In this document: piece by piece, positions 18,980-27,980 of the stretch
Layout: every line of letters begins with the position of its first letter
Position numbering within the stretch: the first letter of the stretch is position 1
DNA from: Fibrobacter succinogenes subsp. succinogenes S85
GTDB taxonomy: Bacteria; Fibrobacterota; Fibrobacteria; Fibrobacterales; Fibrobacteraceae
NCBI RefSeq assembly: GCF_000146505.1
Contig: NC_017448.1
Coordinates: 1,500,001 to 1,532,000, forward strand
Length of the DNA stretch: 32,000 nt
Direction of reading: 5' to 3'
Made by a program: the position numbers and the translations under genes
Notes under the pieces: generated by a model
Database searches by the model: none
The model's input: the letters and a program-made list of their open reading frames with translations, nothing else
Told to the model about the DNA's origin: nothing

Positions 18980-19468
18980 TTACTTGAAGGGTTTGTCCCA
19001 GGGACTAACCCATGTAGAATCATTTCGCGTTATAGGAATGGTTACTTCCGTAGGGAATTTTCCATATTCTTTTGTGGGGACGACAGCTGTAACGACAGCT
19101 ACGGGAAGCATAATCATGTCGAAAAAGAACAACGTCGTTACAACACCACCGCTCCCCCTACCATCCGAAAAGAACGGCCAATAGCGCAACAAGCCGGCAT
19201 TAAAATGATATGAGGACTCGCCGCGACTTACCCACAAATTGCCGTAAACTATTTCATTTTTTCGTGCTTCCAGATAAATCGCATCTTCACTTGTTGAAGA
19301 TTTAAATCGGCAATAATCGCTTGTCGGACAAACCTGTTTTCCATCGCAATAAATGGAATAGTCCCCTTTGCCATCGGATACGGAAACCCACATCTCGTAA
19401 CTAGAAGCACATCCGACAAAAAGTAGAGATATTGCAAATATTAAAGCAATAACAACATATCGGTTCAT
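18980..19468 (-). CDS. Hypothetical lipoprotein
   Basis: 162 aa from ATG 19468 (MNRYVVIALIFAISLLFVGC, a lipobox). It has a hydrophobic segment near the C-terminus. It is AT-rich, and its stop abuts repeat B. Confidence 0.6.
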   Translation of the reverse strand: MNRYVVIALIFAISLLFVGCASSYEMWVSVSDGKGDYSIYCDGKQVCPTSDYCRFKSSTSEDAIYLEARKNEIVYGNLWVSRGESSYHFNAGLLRYWPFFSDGRGSGGVVTTLFFFDMIMLPVAVVTAVVPTKEYGKFPTEVTIPITRNDSTWVSPWDKPFK

Positions 19469-19488
19469 ATTGCATCTAAAAACAAAGA

Positions 19489-20556
19489 TTACACAATCTG
19501 GCCGCCGCCGAGCACCATATCGCCATCGTAAAAGACGGCACATTGGCCAGGAGTCACGGCAAAGAGTGGTTCGTCAAAGACGGCGACCGCCTTATTCGTA
19601 TCAACAATGGTAACTTCGCAGCCGACCGCCCGCTGGCGGTAACGCACCATGCCTTCGGCGCGGAACGTCGTCCCGACCTCCCGCACACCGCCGTGCCATT
19701 CGCAGTTCACCATTTCCACGCGGTCAAAGCAAACCGACGACTTGTCGCCTGTCACCAGAATGTCGCCCGTTTCCGGGTCTACATGCTTCACAAACGCAGG
19801 CACACCAATGGCCACGCCCAGACCTTTGCGCTGACCGACCGTGTACTTATGGAACCCATCGTGCGTATTCCACACCTTGCCCTTTTCATCCACGAAGCGG
19901 CCCGGCCGCGTCATCTCGCCAAAGCGATCCTTCAAAAATTCAGTGTACTGCGAACCGTAAATGTCAAAGCAAATGTCCTGGCTGTCGCCCGTCTTGGCAT
20001 TCACAAAACCGTTCTGCGCGGCGATTTCGCGCACTTCGCTTTTCACGTACGTTCCAAGCGGCGTGAGCACATGATTGCGGCGTTCATCGGGAACCCAGAA
20101 CAAAAAGTAACTCTGGTCCTTGCCCGGATCGCGACCGCGCAAAAGCCTGCGCACACCATTCACTTCTTCGATGCGCACGTAATGCCCTGTCGCCAAGAAT
20201 TCGGCGCCGAGCGATTTGGCATAATCCATCATCCAGCCGAACTTGATAAAGCGATTGCAATAGCAGCAAGGGTTCGGCGTACGTGCATGCGAAAAGTCCG
20301 CATGGCAGCGCTTTAGGACTTCACCCGTAAAAGCGTCGGAGCAATTCGCCACGTGATGCTCTATGCCAAGCTTTTCGGCAATCATCTTCGCACGGACCAC
20401 ACTAGGGTCGTTTTCAACATCAAAGGCGCTATCGACATCAGGCAAAACGCGGAGCGTCACGCCCACAACTTCATAACCCTGCTGTTGCAAAAGAAGAGCG
20501 GCAACGGACGAATCCACGCCACCGCTCATGCCGACTGCGACTCTCGTTTTAGACAT
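19489..20556 (-). CDS. mnmA: tRNA 2-thiouridine(34) synthase MnmA
   Basis: It has the PP-loop VAVGMSGGVDSSVAALLL, the conserved Cys residues (NPCCYCN) and the usual C-terminal barrel. I place the start at ATG 20556, with AGGAG 10 nt upstream. The TTG at 20577 would overlap sprA. Confidence 0.93.
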   Translation of the reverse strand: MSKTRVAVGMSGGVDSSVAALLLQQQGYEVVGVTLRVLPDVDSAFDVENDPSVVRAKMIAEKLGIEHHVANCSDAFTGEVLKRCHADFSHARTPNPCCYCNRFIKFGWMMDYAKSLGAEFLATGHYVRIEEVNGVRRLLRGRDPGKDQSYFLFWVPDERRNHVLTPLGTYVKSEVREIAAQNGFVNAKTGDSQDICFDIYGSQYTEFLKDRFGEMTRPGRFVDEKGKVWNTHDGFHKYTVGQRKGLGVAIGVPAFVKHVDPETGDILVTGDKSSVCFDRVEMVNCEWHGGVREVGTTFRAEGMVRYRQRAVGCEVTIVDTNKAVAVFDEPLFAVTPGQCAVFYDGDMVLGGGQIV

Positions 20557-20569
20557 GTCGCGATCGCTC

Positions 20570-23500
20570 CTAATCAAATCTCAGCATCAGAGCAAGTTCA
20601 AACTGGAGAATCTGGCGGATATGAGCCGTTTCGTCGTCCAGCTTTTCATGAATCTGCCTGTACTCGATGTACGAACTGAGCGAAGCCATCTTGTTGAACG
20701 TGTAAGAAGCACTCGGGCGGATGAACCATTCGTGCGTTCTTGACGGAACCGTGCGGTAGTTCAATTCGAGCTTCGGCTTGTAAGCTACAAAAGGCTTCAC
20801 GCCGGAATCATACTGATAACGCACAAATACGCCATCCGTACCCGATTCCTCGTTCATCATGTCATAACCTTCCACCGGTTTGTATTCCTTACGGATAGTC
20901 TTCCTGTAATCGTAACCGGCAGTAAGCTTCAAGTCAATATCGTTCTTGAGCTTAAAGAACCACTTCCAAATCTGGAAGCCCTTGTCAAGCTTGAGCGGGT
21001 ACGAAATTGAGAAGTCATCACCGACATTAATGGCAAAGTCATTATAAAGCCAAGTCGGGATCCACGGCGTTTCAAGGAAGTACTTTGTGGTATCCGTGCA
21101 GATTTCCTCGGACTCATCCGGCCAGCAAGGATTCGAAATCACTTCTTCCTTCGGGCGGCGGTCGGTAGATTCAATCTTCATACGCACGCTGTTTTCAATG
21201 CGCAAGTTGTTCTGCGTAAGGACAGAAACGCGGATAAGCGGGTTAAAGTTCCAGACTCTAGCCCAGGAATCTTCGGCGCTCTGGAACGGACGGCTTGTCA
21301 CCGTACGGGAATAGTCAAAGCGGCTATTCAGGCTTACGCTACGGAAACGATTCAAGAACGAAACCTTCTGGGAAATGTTCGGAATCGATATCCCGATGCC
21401 AAACTTCGGGAAGGTGGTTGTCGTATCGATGTACAGCGGATATTCACGAGACTGCGAGAAGTCTTCTTTCCACTGGAAGTCTGTCGACAAAGAAATATCC
21501 CAGAACGGCAAAGTGAGGCCTGTAGAAATCTGCAAAGAACGAGACACAGAATTGCGGAAGCTACCCTGATAGACAAGCGTATCCACATTTTTGTTCCTGT
21601 ACTGGGCAAAACCGGTAAAGTCATCGCGGCTAGTCATGCCCATATTACCCGTCATGATATTCCAGAGACCACGACCACCGTGACCATCGCCAAGACCAAG
21701 ACCATAGAGGTAATACTGGAACGGAGTCACGCCCTGTTCTTCGTACAGCTGAGAAAGAGTAAAGTTTTCACCGACCGTATTCGTACTTGCATTCCAGTTG
21801 AACTTGACTTCACGCCACTTGAGCTTGTTGAAGAATCCGGCAACAGCGTTATCCTTGCCGAACAAATTGGCAAGATCAATGATTCTGAGAGCCGGAGTAA
21901 ATTCAAAGCGGTTCGTCTGCGAAATCGTCCAGTAATTCTTTTCGACGTTAGACGGATCTTCAAAATTGAAATCGTCCGGAATACTCTTCTGCTGGTTAAA
22001 GTCCGAAGAGAACTGCATATTGAACGGCAAGAACGGAATCAGCTTGGGATTGAAGTTAATCCTGAACTGCTGATTTCTGGAACGTTCGTTACGGAGAATG
22101 CCGTAAGCACGTCCATATTCGCGATGTCCAACGCTATCGACCTTGTAGAACGAAGTCGTATCATAGCGGATTTCGTACGAATCCGGATTTTGCAAGTCAA
22201 TCGGGAGCTGCTTGCCGTTGGCATCCGTCTTTGCAATCGTATCCAGCGGGATAACTACGAGACTGTCGCGAGAGACGTAGACCTTTCTGTCAGAATGATC
22301 GTGGTCAAAGATGTAACCGCTCGCAAAAAGACCGCCCTTGTCAAACGTAAAGAAGTTTTCCTTCACGAAAGCTTCACGGTCTCCACCGCCAAACATGTCA
22401 CGCTTGATATTGACAGAATAGCTCGTCGAGAGGAACGAAAGGATGTTCCAGCGCATGTTCAACTTGTGGTTGAGCTCGGCAGTATAAGTCACGACCTTAT
22501 CGACCTGCGGTTCCACAAAGTCCGGATCGCGAGTCTGGTTCACATAGCGCACGTAGTTGAAATCGAACAATGTCAAATCGAAAGTCTGCGGCCACGGTTC
22601 AAATTCCGTCTTCGAGAAGTCCTTGAGCCAGGAATACTTTGAAAGGCTTTCGAACGGCTTGAACTTGAACATGCTAAACGTACCCAGCTTATACTCGAAC
22701 ATCGCATGGTACGAATACGTGGAGTCCGCCGATGTCGTAGAACGGCCTTCGGACTGGTGGTAAGAATAGCTTAACGCCGGACGTTCCAAGAAAGCCTGCG
22801 AGAAGAATTCACCTAGCTTGGTTTCGCTAGCCTTGTAATCCTTATGGTAGCTGATGCTAAAGCCCAAATCCTGTTCATAGGATTCATAGCCCTTGGATTC
22901 AGCGTTATCCCTCAACCTGTTTTCTTCTTCTTCGGATTCTACGGCAAGGTCGCCCTGGAACATATCACCCGTCAAATCGACAAAGCTGCTCTTGTTGAGG
23001 ATCATGTCGTCTGTGGGCTTCATGTAGGGGCGTTTCGTAGAGCTGTGGTAGCTAAACGACATCGGGATGTGGAATCCAAGAGAATCGTTCAAGAACTTGT
23101 TGAGCGCAATGGAAATGTCGGCAGAAATATCAAGCTGAGATGCAGCGGAAGCAAGGTCCGGCTTCGGAGAGCGTCCCGAATTGGAGAGCGTTGCAAAGTC
23201 GCCGTCCTGATAACGCACAGCACCCGAAAGCGAGATAAAGTCTGCAAAATTCACCTGACCGTTCACGCGGGCGGCATAACCCCATTCCGTATCCATGTCA
23301 GAAAGGCGGAGGTCATTAATCCAGAATGTACCCTTGAGGTCATTGCGAGAAGCCGAAGAATCCGCGATAATCACAAAACGAATCCAGTCCACCTTCGTAA
23401 TGGAGGGGTTACCGACCAAGCGAAGCACTTCTTCCCTATCACCGTCAAGTTTCTTGACAACCGGGTCCAAATAAGGCGGATGGCGGCCACGCTTGAGGTC

Positions 23501-26500
23501 CGAGAAGTCGGACAAGTTCATAGCAAAGGCGTTATCAATCCAGTTCTGCTCATGGCAATCCTGCACGCGGTCCGGAGTGCAACCCGACATGTCCAAATCC
23601 TTCGGGCGGAAACTCCATTCATAATAGTCCTTGGAGCCTTCAATAGAGCCTTCGCCAAACTGCAATGCAAATCGCACAGGAACAGAGGACTTCGTTTCGG
23701 CACCGTTTTCGTAATGGATTTCCATCTTCAGGGACTTATACGCCGAGAAGTTCTTCGTATCGACATCAAACACGCGCGTCACACCGACTTCCTGGCCAGG
23801 ACTCATGTTGTGGTAATCCAAGACAAGAGCCGTTTCCTTGAGCGGGGCATTCGAATCCGCATCGCGTTCCGTCACCGTATTCGGGGACTTGAAATACGTC
23901 TTCGCATTTTCGCGGTTGTTGATGGTTGAAACATTGATGTAGGTCGTATCAGAAGAGACCGTTTCCGTGACCGTGTTTTCAACGCCGTTCACTTCGACAA
24001 TCTGCGAATTTTCGTTCGTAGAAGTGCGATACAAGCTTGCAACAGTCGTTTCTTCCCAGGCATTGCCCAAAACGCCGAGGCTTACCACCTGCACCTTCGC
24101 TTCGGAAACACCAGGACCAAGACGGCCCAGCCACATACGGGTGAAATGGGATTCCGCAAGGATTTCGCGATAGCCGCTACCCGTCGAAGAAACAATCGTA
24201 TCGTACTGGCTCAGCGGAATACGCCATCTGCGCCAGCCGTTTTTCAGTTCTTCAAATTCAAGCTTATCCGTGCTAGAAAGGTCGATGCGGTAACGGACAA
24301 AGCTGATATCCGTATCAAAGGAACCGTTCCTATTGATATCTTCGGTATCATAAGCACGTTCGCCCAAGTTACCTTCAGTACCGTTAATGCTCTTCGGCGG
24401 ATCGCTTTCTTCATCCAGGTCCTTGAAGTCATCACCGGCAATATCTCTCGTCGATAGATCAATATTACCCCTAGAGGCACTCAAGGTATCCGAACGACAG
24501 ACGGAATAGCGGCAATCCCAAGCGACCCTGCTTTCATCTTGACCAGTAAGCTCGTCAAGACCTCTATCGTGCCTTGCGGTCGTCATGCCGAGCTGGTTTT
24601 CACCGTTGTAAATACCGTTAGGTGCATAACCATTAATCGAGATGTCTTCGCTGACAAGACCCAAGTCAATAAAGATAGAACCGGAATTACCACGAGCAAC
24701 CACTTCAAGGTACTTCATCTCGCTCAAGTCCTGGTAATACGAGCTGTTTGCGCGCATGATACCGCCCCAAGAATTACCCATGAGGTTATCATTCGGGCGC
24801 AACGTCATCTTGAGCACCGTCAAGTGCTGGTTATCGACATCAGAGTTGCCAACGTTATCGTAAATGTACTTGTAGAGTTCCGTATTGTTGCTATGCCAGA
24901 TAAACTCACCCTGATGACGATAGTCCAAGTCCTCGATGTAAGTTGATCTGAACGGAAGAGAGTCAATACCGCCCGGAGGAGATGCCGGATACCAGGATTG
25001 CCTAGAAAGCGGATACACAAGGCCAGTCGAGGTTGATTCAAAGTCTTCGACAAGAGCGGTCTGCGTGCTGCTCGTGTTCGCATTATGCCTACTACCGGCA
25101 AATTCAGCTTCAACGCGCCAGTTAGAAGATGCGGTTGTCTGGATACCCGGAATGGCATTGACCAAGTCCGTGAGAGCCTGCACAGAATCCTGCAAGCGGA
25201 GGTTGAAGCCCCAAAGGAAGCTGGAGTACGGTTCGTTACCAAGAGTCGGAACTTCGGCGGTTGTGCTCTGGCTCTTGTAAAGGGCGGTAATGCCAAAGAC
25301 AGAACCAGCACCAAAGCCATAGAGGTCAAGAGGCAATTCTGCACGAGCACCCAAAAGCAACTTGTTGTCCACTTCAAACATGGGCTCGCATTCAAACTTG
25401 ACCTTGATTTCCTTGTTCGGGTCAAGAGCGCGTTCACTCAAAAGTTCAATCTGGCCAAGTTCATAATTGACTTCGTAGTCAGTCCCACGGATAAGCGTTG
25501 TCGAACCGGCAGTCACCTTTTCAGAACCCGGAGAAATATCCATGCAGCTACCGCTATTCACAGAATAGCTCGAATTCGGATCACGCACGCTAAGCGTAGA
25601 GTTACGGCGCTTGCCCACAGATTCAAAGTAGAACAGGCTCGTGTAACGGTTCAGGTTGTAAACCGGGAGCGTGTAAAGCTGTTCCATCGCCGAGGTAGTA
25701 TCCAGGTTACGCAAAGGTTCCAAGCAGTTCTGCTTAGCCAGTTCCAGAGCGTTAGAACGTCCTGAATAAATTGTATCGGTAAACGGCTTACAGGGCAACC
25801 ACATTTCACCGGTATAGCTACCTAGGGAATCCTTCTTGAATATGGTAGCGTCGTTCACCAGCGGAGTTCCGTTTGACTCATCCGCAAGTCCGAGCTGTTT
25901 CAAGTAATTTCCGGAAACGCCCGACTTGTTTTTCATGCGGAGCACAAAGTTGTTTGCACTCGCATCAGAAATGCCGATGGAATACACATTGCGCAACATC
26001 AACTTGTCAATGTCCTTGAGTTCGCTCAGCGTTGCATCCCACTGGATAAGGACCGCTTCGCCACCATTGCGCAAATCCTTGCCCTTGCGTTGTTCGTTCT
26101 CGCTACTGTAGTTCGCCGCAATGAGTGTGTTTCGGTTGACACCGTTAATCTTCAAGATACCCGTCTTAGGATCGTACTTGTAATCCGATCGCGGAATTTC
26201 TTCCATGCGGTTTACAACCTTTCTAATTTCCTTTCCTTGCTGGGTCGTATAAACAACGGTGACATCCTTGATGACATTGTCCGTTTCATTCAGCGAGCTT
26301 CTCTTGTACAGCTTCAGGTCAGACAACGGATAGTTGATGTTGCCTTTCTTGATGGCTGCATTGACGTAGTCAGTCCTCACCTTGTGGTTCAAGAAGTAAT
26401 AGCGGTACGCAAGGAACTGCTTATCGGTAATCTGGAACTCGGTCGTTGATTCACTCGCCTTGATGGAATACTCTTCCTGCTGACCGCCATCCTGAGAGGC

Positions 26501-27859
26501 AATCGTCGTCAACTTCCAGTCGCCCAGCTTCCAGTCGGCCTTGATACCAAAAAGACCCTGATGGTTTTCGGAATACCCCGTAAACTCCGTACCCGCAAGC
26601 GAGAGGTTTGTCGTACCCGCTTCAACACGCTGCAAGATGTAATCTTCAAATTCACCCTTGAACGATTCTTCGTAGACCACGCGGACTTCGTTCTGCGAAC
26701 CGAGACCTTCATCCACGTTCTTGATTTCGACGGTGATGTACGGGCCAATCTTACCTTCGACCATGAAGCTCGGATTGTAGTCCAAGGACGGCGACGGCCA
26801 GAGACTCGTCTTGGTGCTGCCTTCGGCATCATCCTTTTCACCATAGCCCTTGAAGCGTACGTCCATCGTACCCTTGAGCATGAGTTTCGGCTTGTTGAAG
26901 CCAAAGTCCTTCATCCATGCAGGCATGTTCACAGGAATCGTGATATCAAAGACAGAACCCGTTTCAGGCGCTTCGTATCCACCATCGTTCTGGCCGACAA
27001 GGCCATTGAGCCAAAGGCGTTTGCGCCCAACATCGTACATGTCCGAAACGTAATCTGCAAGTTCCGGATAATGCGATGTCCAAAGCACCGTCGTATCCGT
27101 ACGGGAAAGCGAGTTCACACGCTTTTCTGTCACGTCAATTTCACGGGTCGCGACATCAATATCGTGCGAGAACACCTGACCTTTCGACGTATTCATCAAG
27201 CCCGCACGCATGCCGATACCACCCATCGGGAGGAGGCCGTCGAGCGGGGATGTAGACTTAGGCACAGGGATATACTTGATAGACGGAGTCCAGACGTCCG
27301 CAGATTCATCGGAAACCGATTCCGCAGAAGTTTCTGCACTTGCGACCGTACGCGGAGGTGCTGTAACTTCGGGCTTTTGCGATTTTGTTACAGACGACGA
27401 AGATTTTGCAGCTGCAGAAGACGAAGACACCTTGACTGCAGAAGAGGAAACCGAAGCGCTAGAGGCAGGAGCCGAAACACTAGAAGCAGGCTTTGCATCG
27501 CTTGAAACAGGCTTCGATGCACTTGAAACGGAAGCAGACGAAACTGGTGCCGACGATTTAGGCGCCACTGCACTTGATGCAGGCATTGCCGCAGACGAAA
27601 CCGCCACAGAAGGTTGAGACGGCTTGGATGGAGCAGCACTAGATGTAGGAGCTGCCGCACTTGAAGCAGGCGGAGCGCTCGAAGACGAAGCTACAGAAGC
27701 TGTAGACTTAGGCGCCGGAACATCCTGAAAAAGTTCATCGTCAAAAAGTGATTCGTACGAGCTAAGCGTTCCATCTTGAGACCAGACGGAACCCACAGCG
27801 ACAAAGCTGCATGCAGCAAAACCCCAAAGGGCGGATTTTAAAAACTTTCTAAAACGCAA
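20570..27859 (-). CDS. sprA: Giant SprA/Sov-like type IX secretion outer-membrane translocon protein
   Basis: 2429 aa. It has a signal peptide (ALWGFAACSFVAVGSVWSQ) reachable only from TTG 27859. It is beta-strand-rich throughout. The segment RVEAGTTNLSLAGTEFTGYSENHQGLFGIKADWKLGDWKLTTIASQDGGQ matches my memory of the SprA/Sov block (IEAGNVSLPL...SLFGIK...QFG.L..T.V.SQQ). The size fits the roughly 2400-aa family. Confidence 0.7.
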   Translation of the reverse strand: MRFRKFLKSALWGFAACSFVAVGSVWSQDGTLSSYESLFDDELFQDVPAPKSTASVASSSSAPPASSAAAPTSSAAPSKPSQPSVAVSSAAMPASSAVAPKSSAPVSSASVSSASKPVSSDAKPASSVSAPASSASVSSSAVKVSSSSAAAKSSSSVTKSQKPEVTAPPRTVASAETSAESVSDESADVWTPSIKYIPVPKSTSPLDGLLPMGGIGMRAGLMNTSKGQVFSHDIDVATREIDVTEKRVNSLSRTDTTVLWTSHYPELADYVSDMYDVGRKRLWLNGLVGQNDGGYEAPETGSVFDITIPVNMPAWMKDFGFNKPKLMLKGTMDVRFKGYGEKDDAEGSTKTSLWPSPSLDYNPSFMVEGKIGPYITVEIKNVDEGLGSQNEVRVVYEESFKGEFEDYILQRVEAGTTNLSLAGTEFTGYSENHQGLFGIKADWKLGDWKLTTIASQDGGQQEEYSIKASESTTEFQITDKQFLAYRYYFLNHKVRTDYVNAAIKKGNINYPLSDLKLYKRSSLNETDNVIKDVTVVYTTQQGKEIRKVVNRMEEIPRSDYKYDPKTGILKINGVNRNTLIAANYSSENEQRKGKDLRNGGEAVLIQWDATLSELKDIDKLMLRNVYSIGISDASANNFVLRMKNKSGVSGNYLKQLGLADESNGTPLVNDATIFKKDSLGSYTGEMWLPCKPFTDTIYSGRSNALELAKQNCLEPLRNLDTTSAMEQLYTLPVYNLNRYTSLFYFESVGKRRNSTLSVRDPNSSYSVNSGSCMDISPGSEKVTAGSTTLIRGTDYEVNYELGQIELLSERALDPNKEIKVKFECEPMFEVDNKLLLGARAELPLDLYGFGAGSVFGITALYKSQSTTAEVPTLGNEPYSSFLWGFNLRLQDSVQALTDLVNAIPGIQTTASSNWRVEAEFAGSRHNANTSSTQTALVEDFESTSTGLVYPLSRQSWYPASPPGGIDSLPFRSTYIEDLDYRHQGEFIWHSNNTELYKYIYDNVGNSDVDNQHLTVLKMTLRPNDNLMGNSWGGIMRANSSYYQDLSEMKYLEVVARGNSGSIFIDLGLVSEDISINGYAPNGIYNGENQLGMTTARHDRGLDELTGQDESRVAWDCRYSVCRSDTLSASRGNIDLSTRDIAGDDFKDLDEESDPPKSINGTEGNLGERAYDTEDINRNGSFDTDISFVRYRIDLSSTDKLEFEELKNGWRRWRIPLSQYDTIVSSTGSGYREILAESHFTRMWLGRLGPGVSEAKVQVVSLGVLGNAWEETTVASLYRTSTNENSQIVEVNGVENTVTETVSSDTTYINVSTINNRENAKTYFKSPNTVTERDADSNAPLKETALVLDYHNMSPGQEVGVTRVFDVDTKNFSAYKSLKMEIHYENGAETKSSVPVRFALQFGEGSIEGSKDYYEWSFRPKDLDMSGCTPDRVQDCHEQNWIDNAFAMNLSDFSDLKRGRHPPYLDPVVKKLDGDREEVLRLVGNPSITKVDWIRFVIIADSSASRNDLKGTFWINDLRLSDMDTEWGYAARVNGQVNFADFISLSGAVRYQDGDFATLSNSGRSPKPDLASAASQLDISADISIALNKFLNDSLGFHIPMSFSYHSSTKRPYMKPTDDMILNKSSFVDLTGDMFQGDLAVESEEEENRLRDNAESKGYESYEQDLGFSISYHKDYKASETKLGEFFSQAFLERPALSYSYHQSEGRSTTSADSTYSYHAMFEYKLGTFSMFKFKPFESLSKYSWLKDFSKTEFEPWPQTFDLTLFDFNYVRYVNQTRDPDFVEPQVDKVVTYTAELNHKLNMRWNILSFLSTSYSVNIKRDMFGGGDREAFVKENFFTFDKGGLFASGYIFDHDHSDRKVYVSRDSLVVIPLDTIAKTDANGKQLPIDLQNPDSYEIRYDTTSFYKVDSVGHREYGRAYGILRNERSRNQQFRINFNPKLIPFLPFNMQFSSDFNQQKSIPDDFNFEDPSNVEKNYWTISQTNRFEFTPALRIIDLANLFGKDNAVAGFFNKLKWREVKFNWNASTNTVGENFTLSQLYEEQGVTPFQYYLYGLGLGDGHGGRGLWNIMTGNMGMTSRDDFTGFAQYRNKNVDTLVYQGSFRNSVSRSLQISTGLTLPFWDISLSTDFQWKEDFSQSREYPLYIDTTTTFPKFGIGISIPNISQKVSFLNRFRSVSLNSRFDYSRTVTSRPFQSAEDSWARVWNFNPLIRVSVLTQNNLRIENSVRMKIESTDRRPKEEVISNPCWPDESEEICTDTTKYFLETPWIPTWLYNDFAINVGDDFSISYPLKLDKGFQIWKWFFKLKNDIDLKLTAGYDYRKTIRKEYKPVEGYDMMNEESGTDGVFVRYQYDSGVKPFVAYKPKLELNYRTVPSRTHEWFIRPSASYTFNKMASLSSYIEYRQIHEKLDDETAHIRQILQFELALMLRFD

Positions 27860-27909
27860 CGGTAAAAAAATACAAAAACGGGACTTACAAAATTAGCACC
27901 GATAACATA

Positions 27910-27944
27910 GAAAAAAAGAAACGCACCCATTTTACGGGTGCGCT
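27910..27944 (-). terminator. Rho-independent terminator of the AIPR-like gene
   Basis: The minus strand reads GCGCACCCGTAAAATGGGTGCGT followed by TTCTTTTTTT. Confidence 0.8.
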
Positions 27945-27980
27945 TCAAAACCGGATTCTAGACCCTAATTAAAGGATAAA

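Noticed and set aside
17885-18980. The 990-bp insertion as a classical mobile element (an IS, a MITE or a prophage remnant).
   Set aside because: It has no terminal inverted repeats and no transposase or integrase. The flanking repeats are 106 bp of diverged coding sequence, not a short target-site duplication. Recombinational capture fits better.
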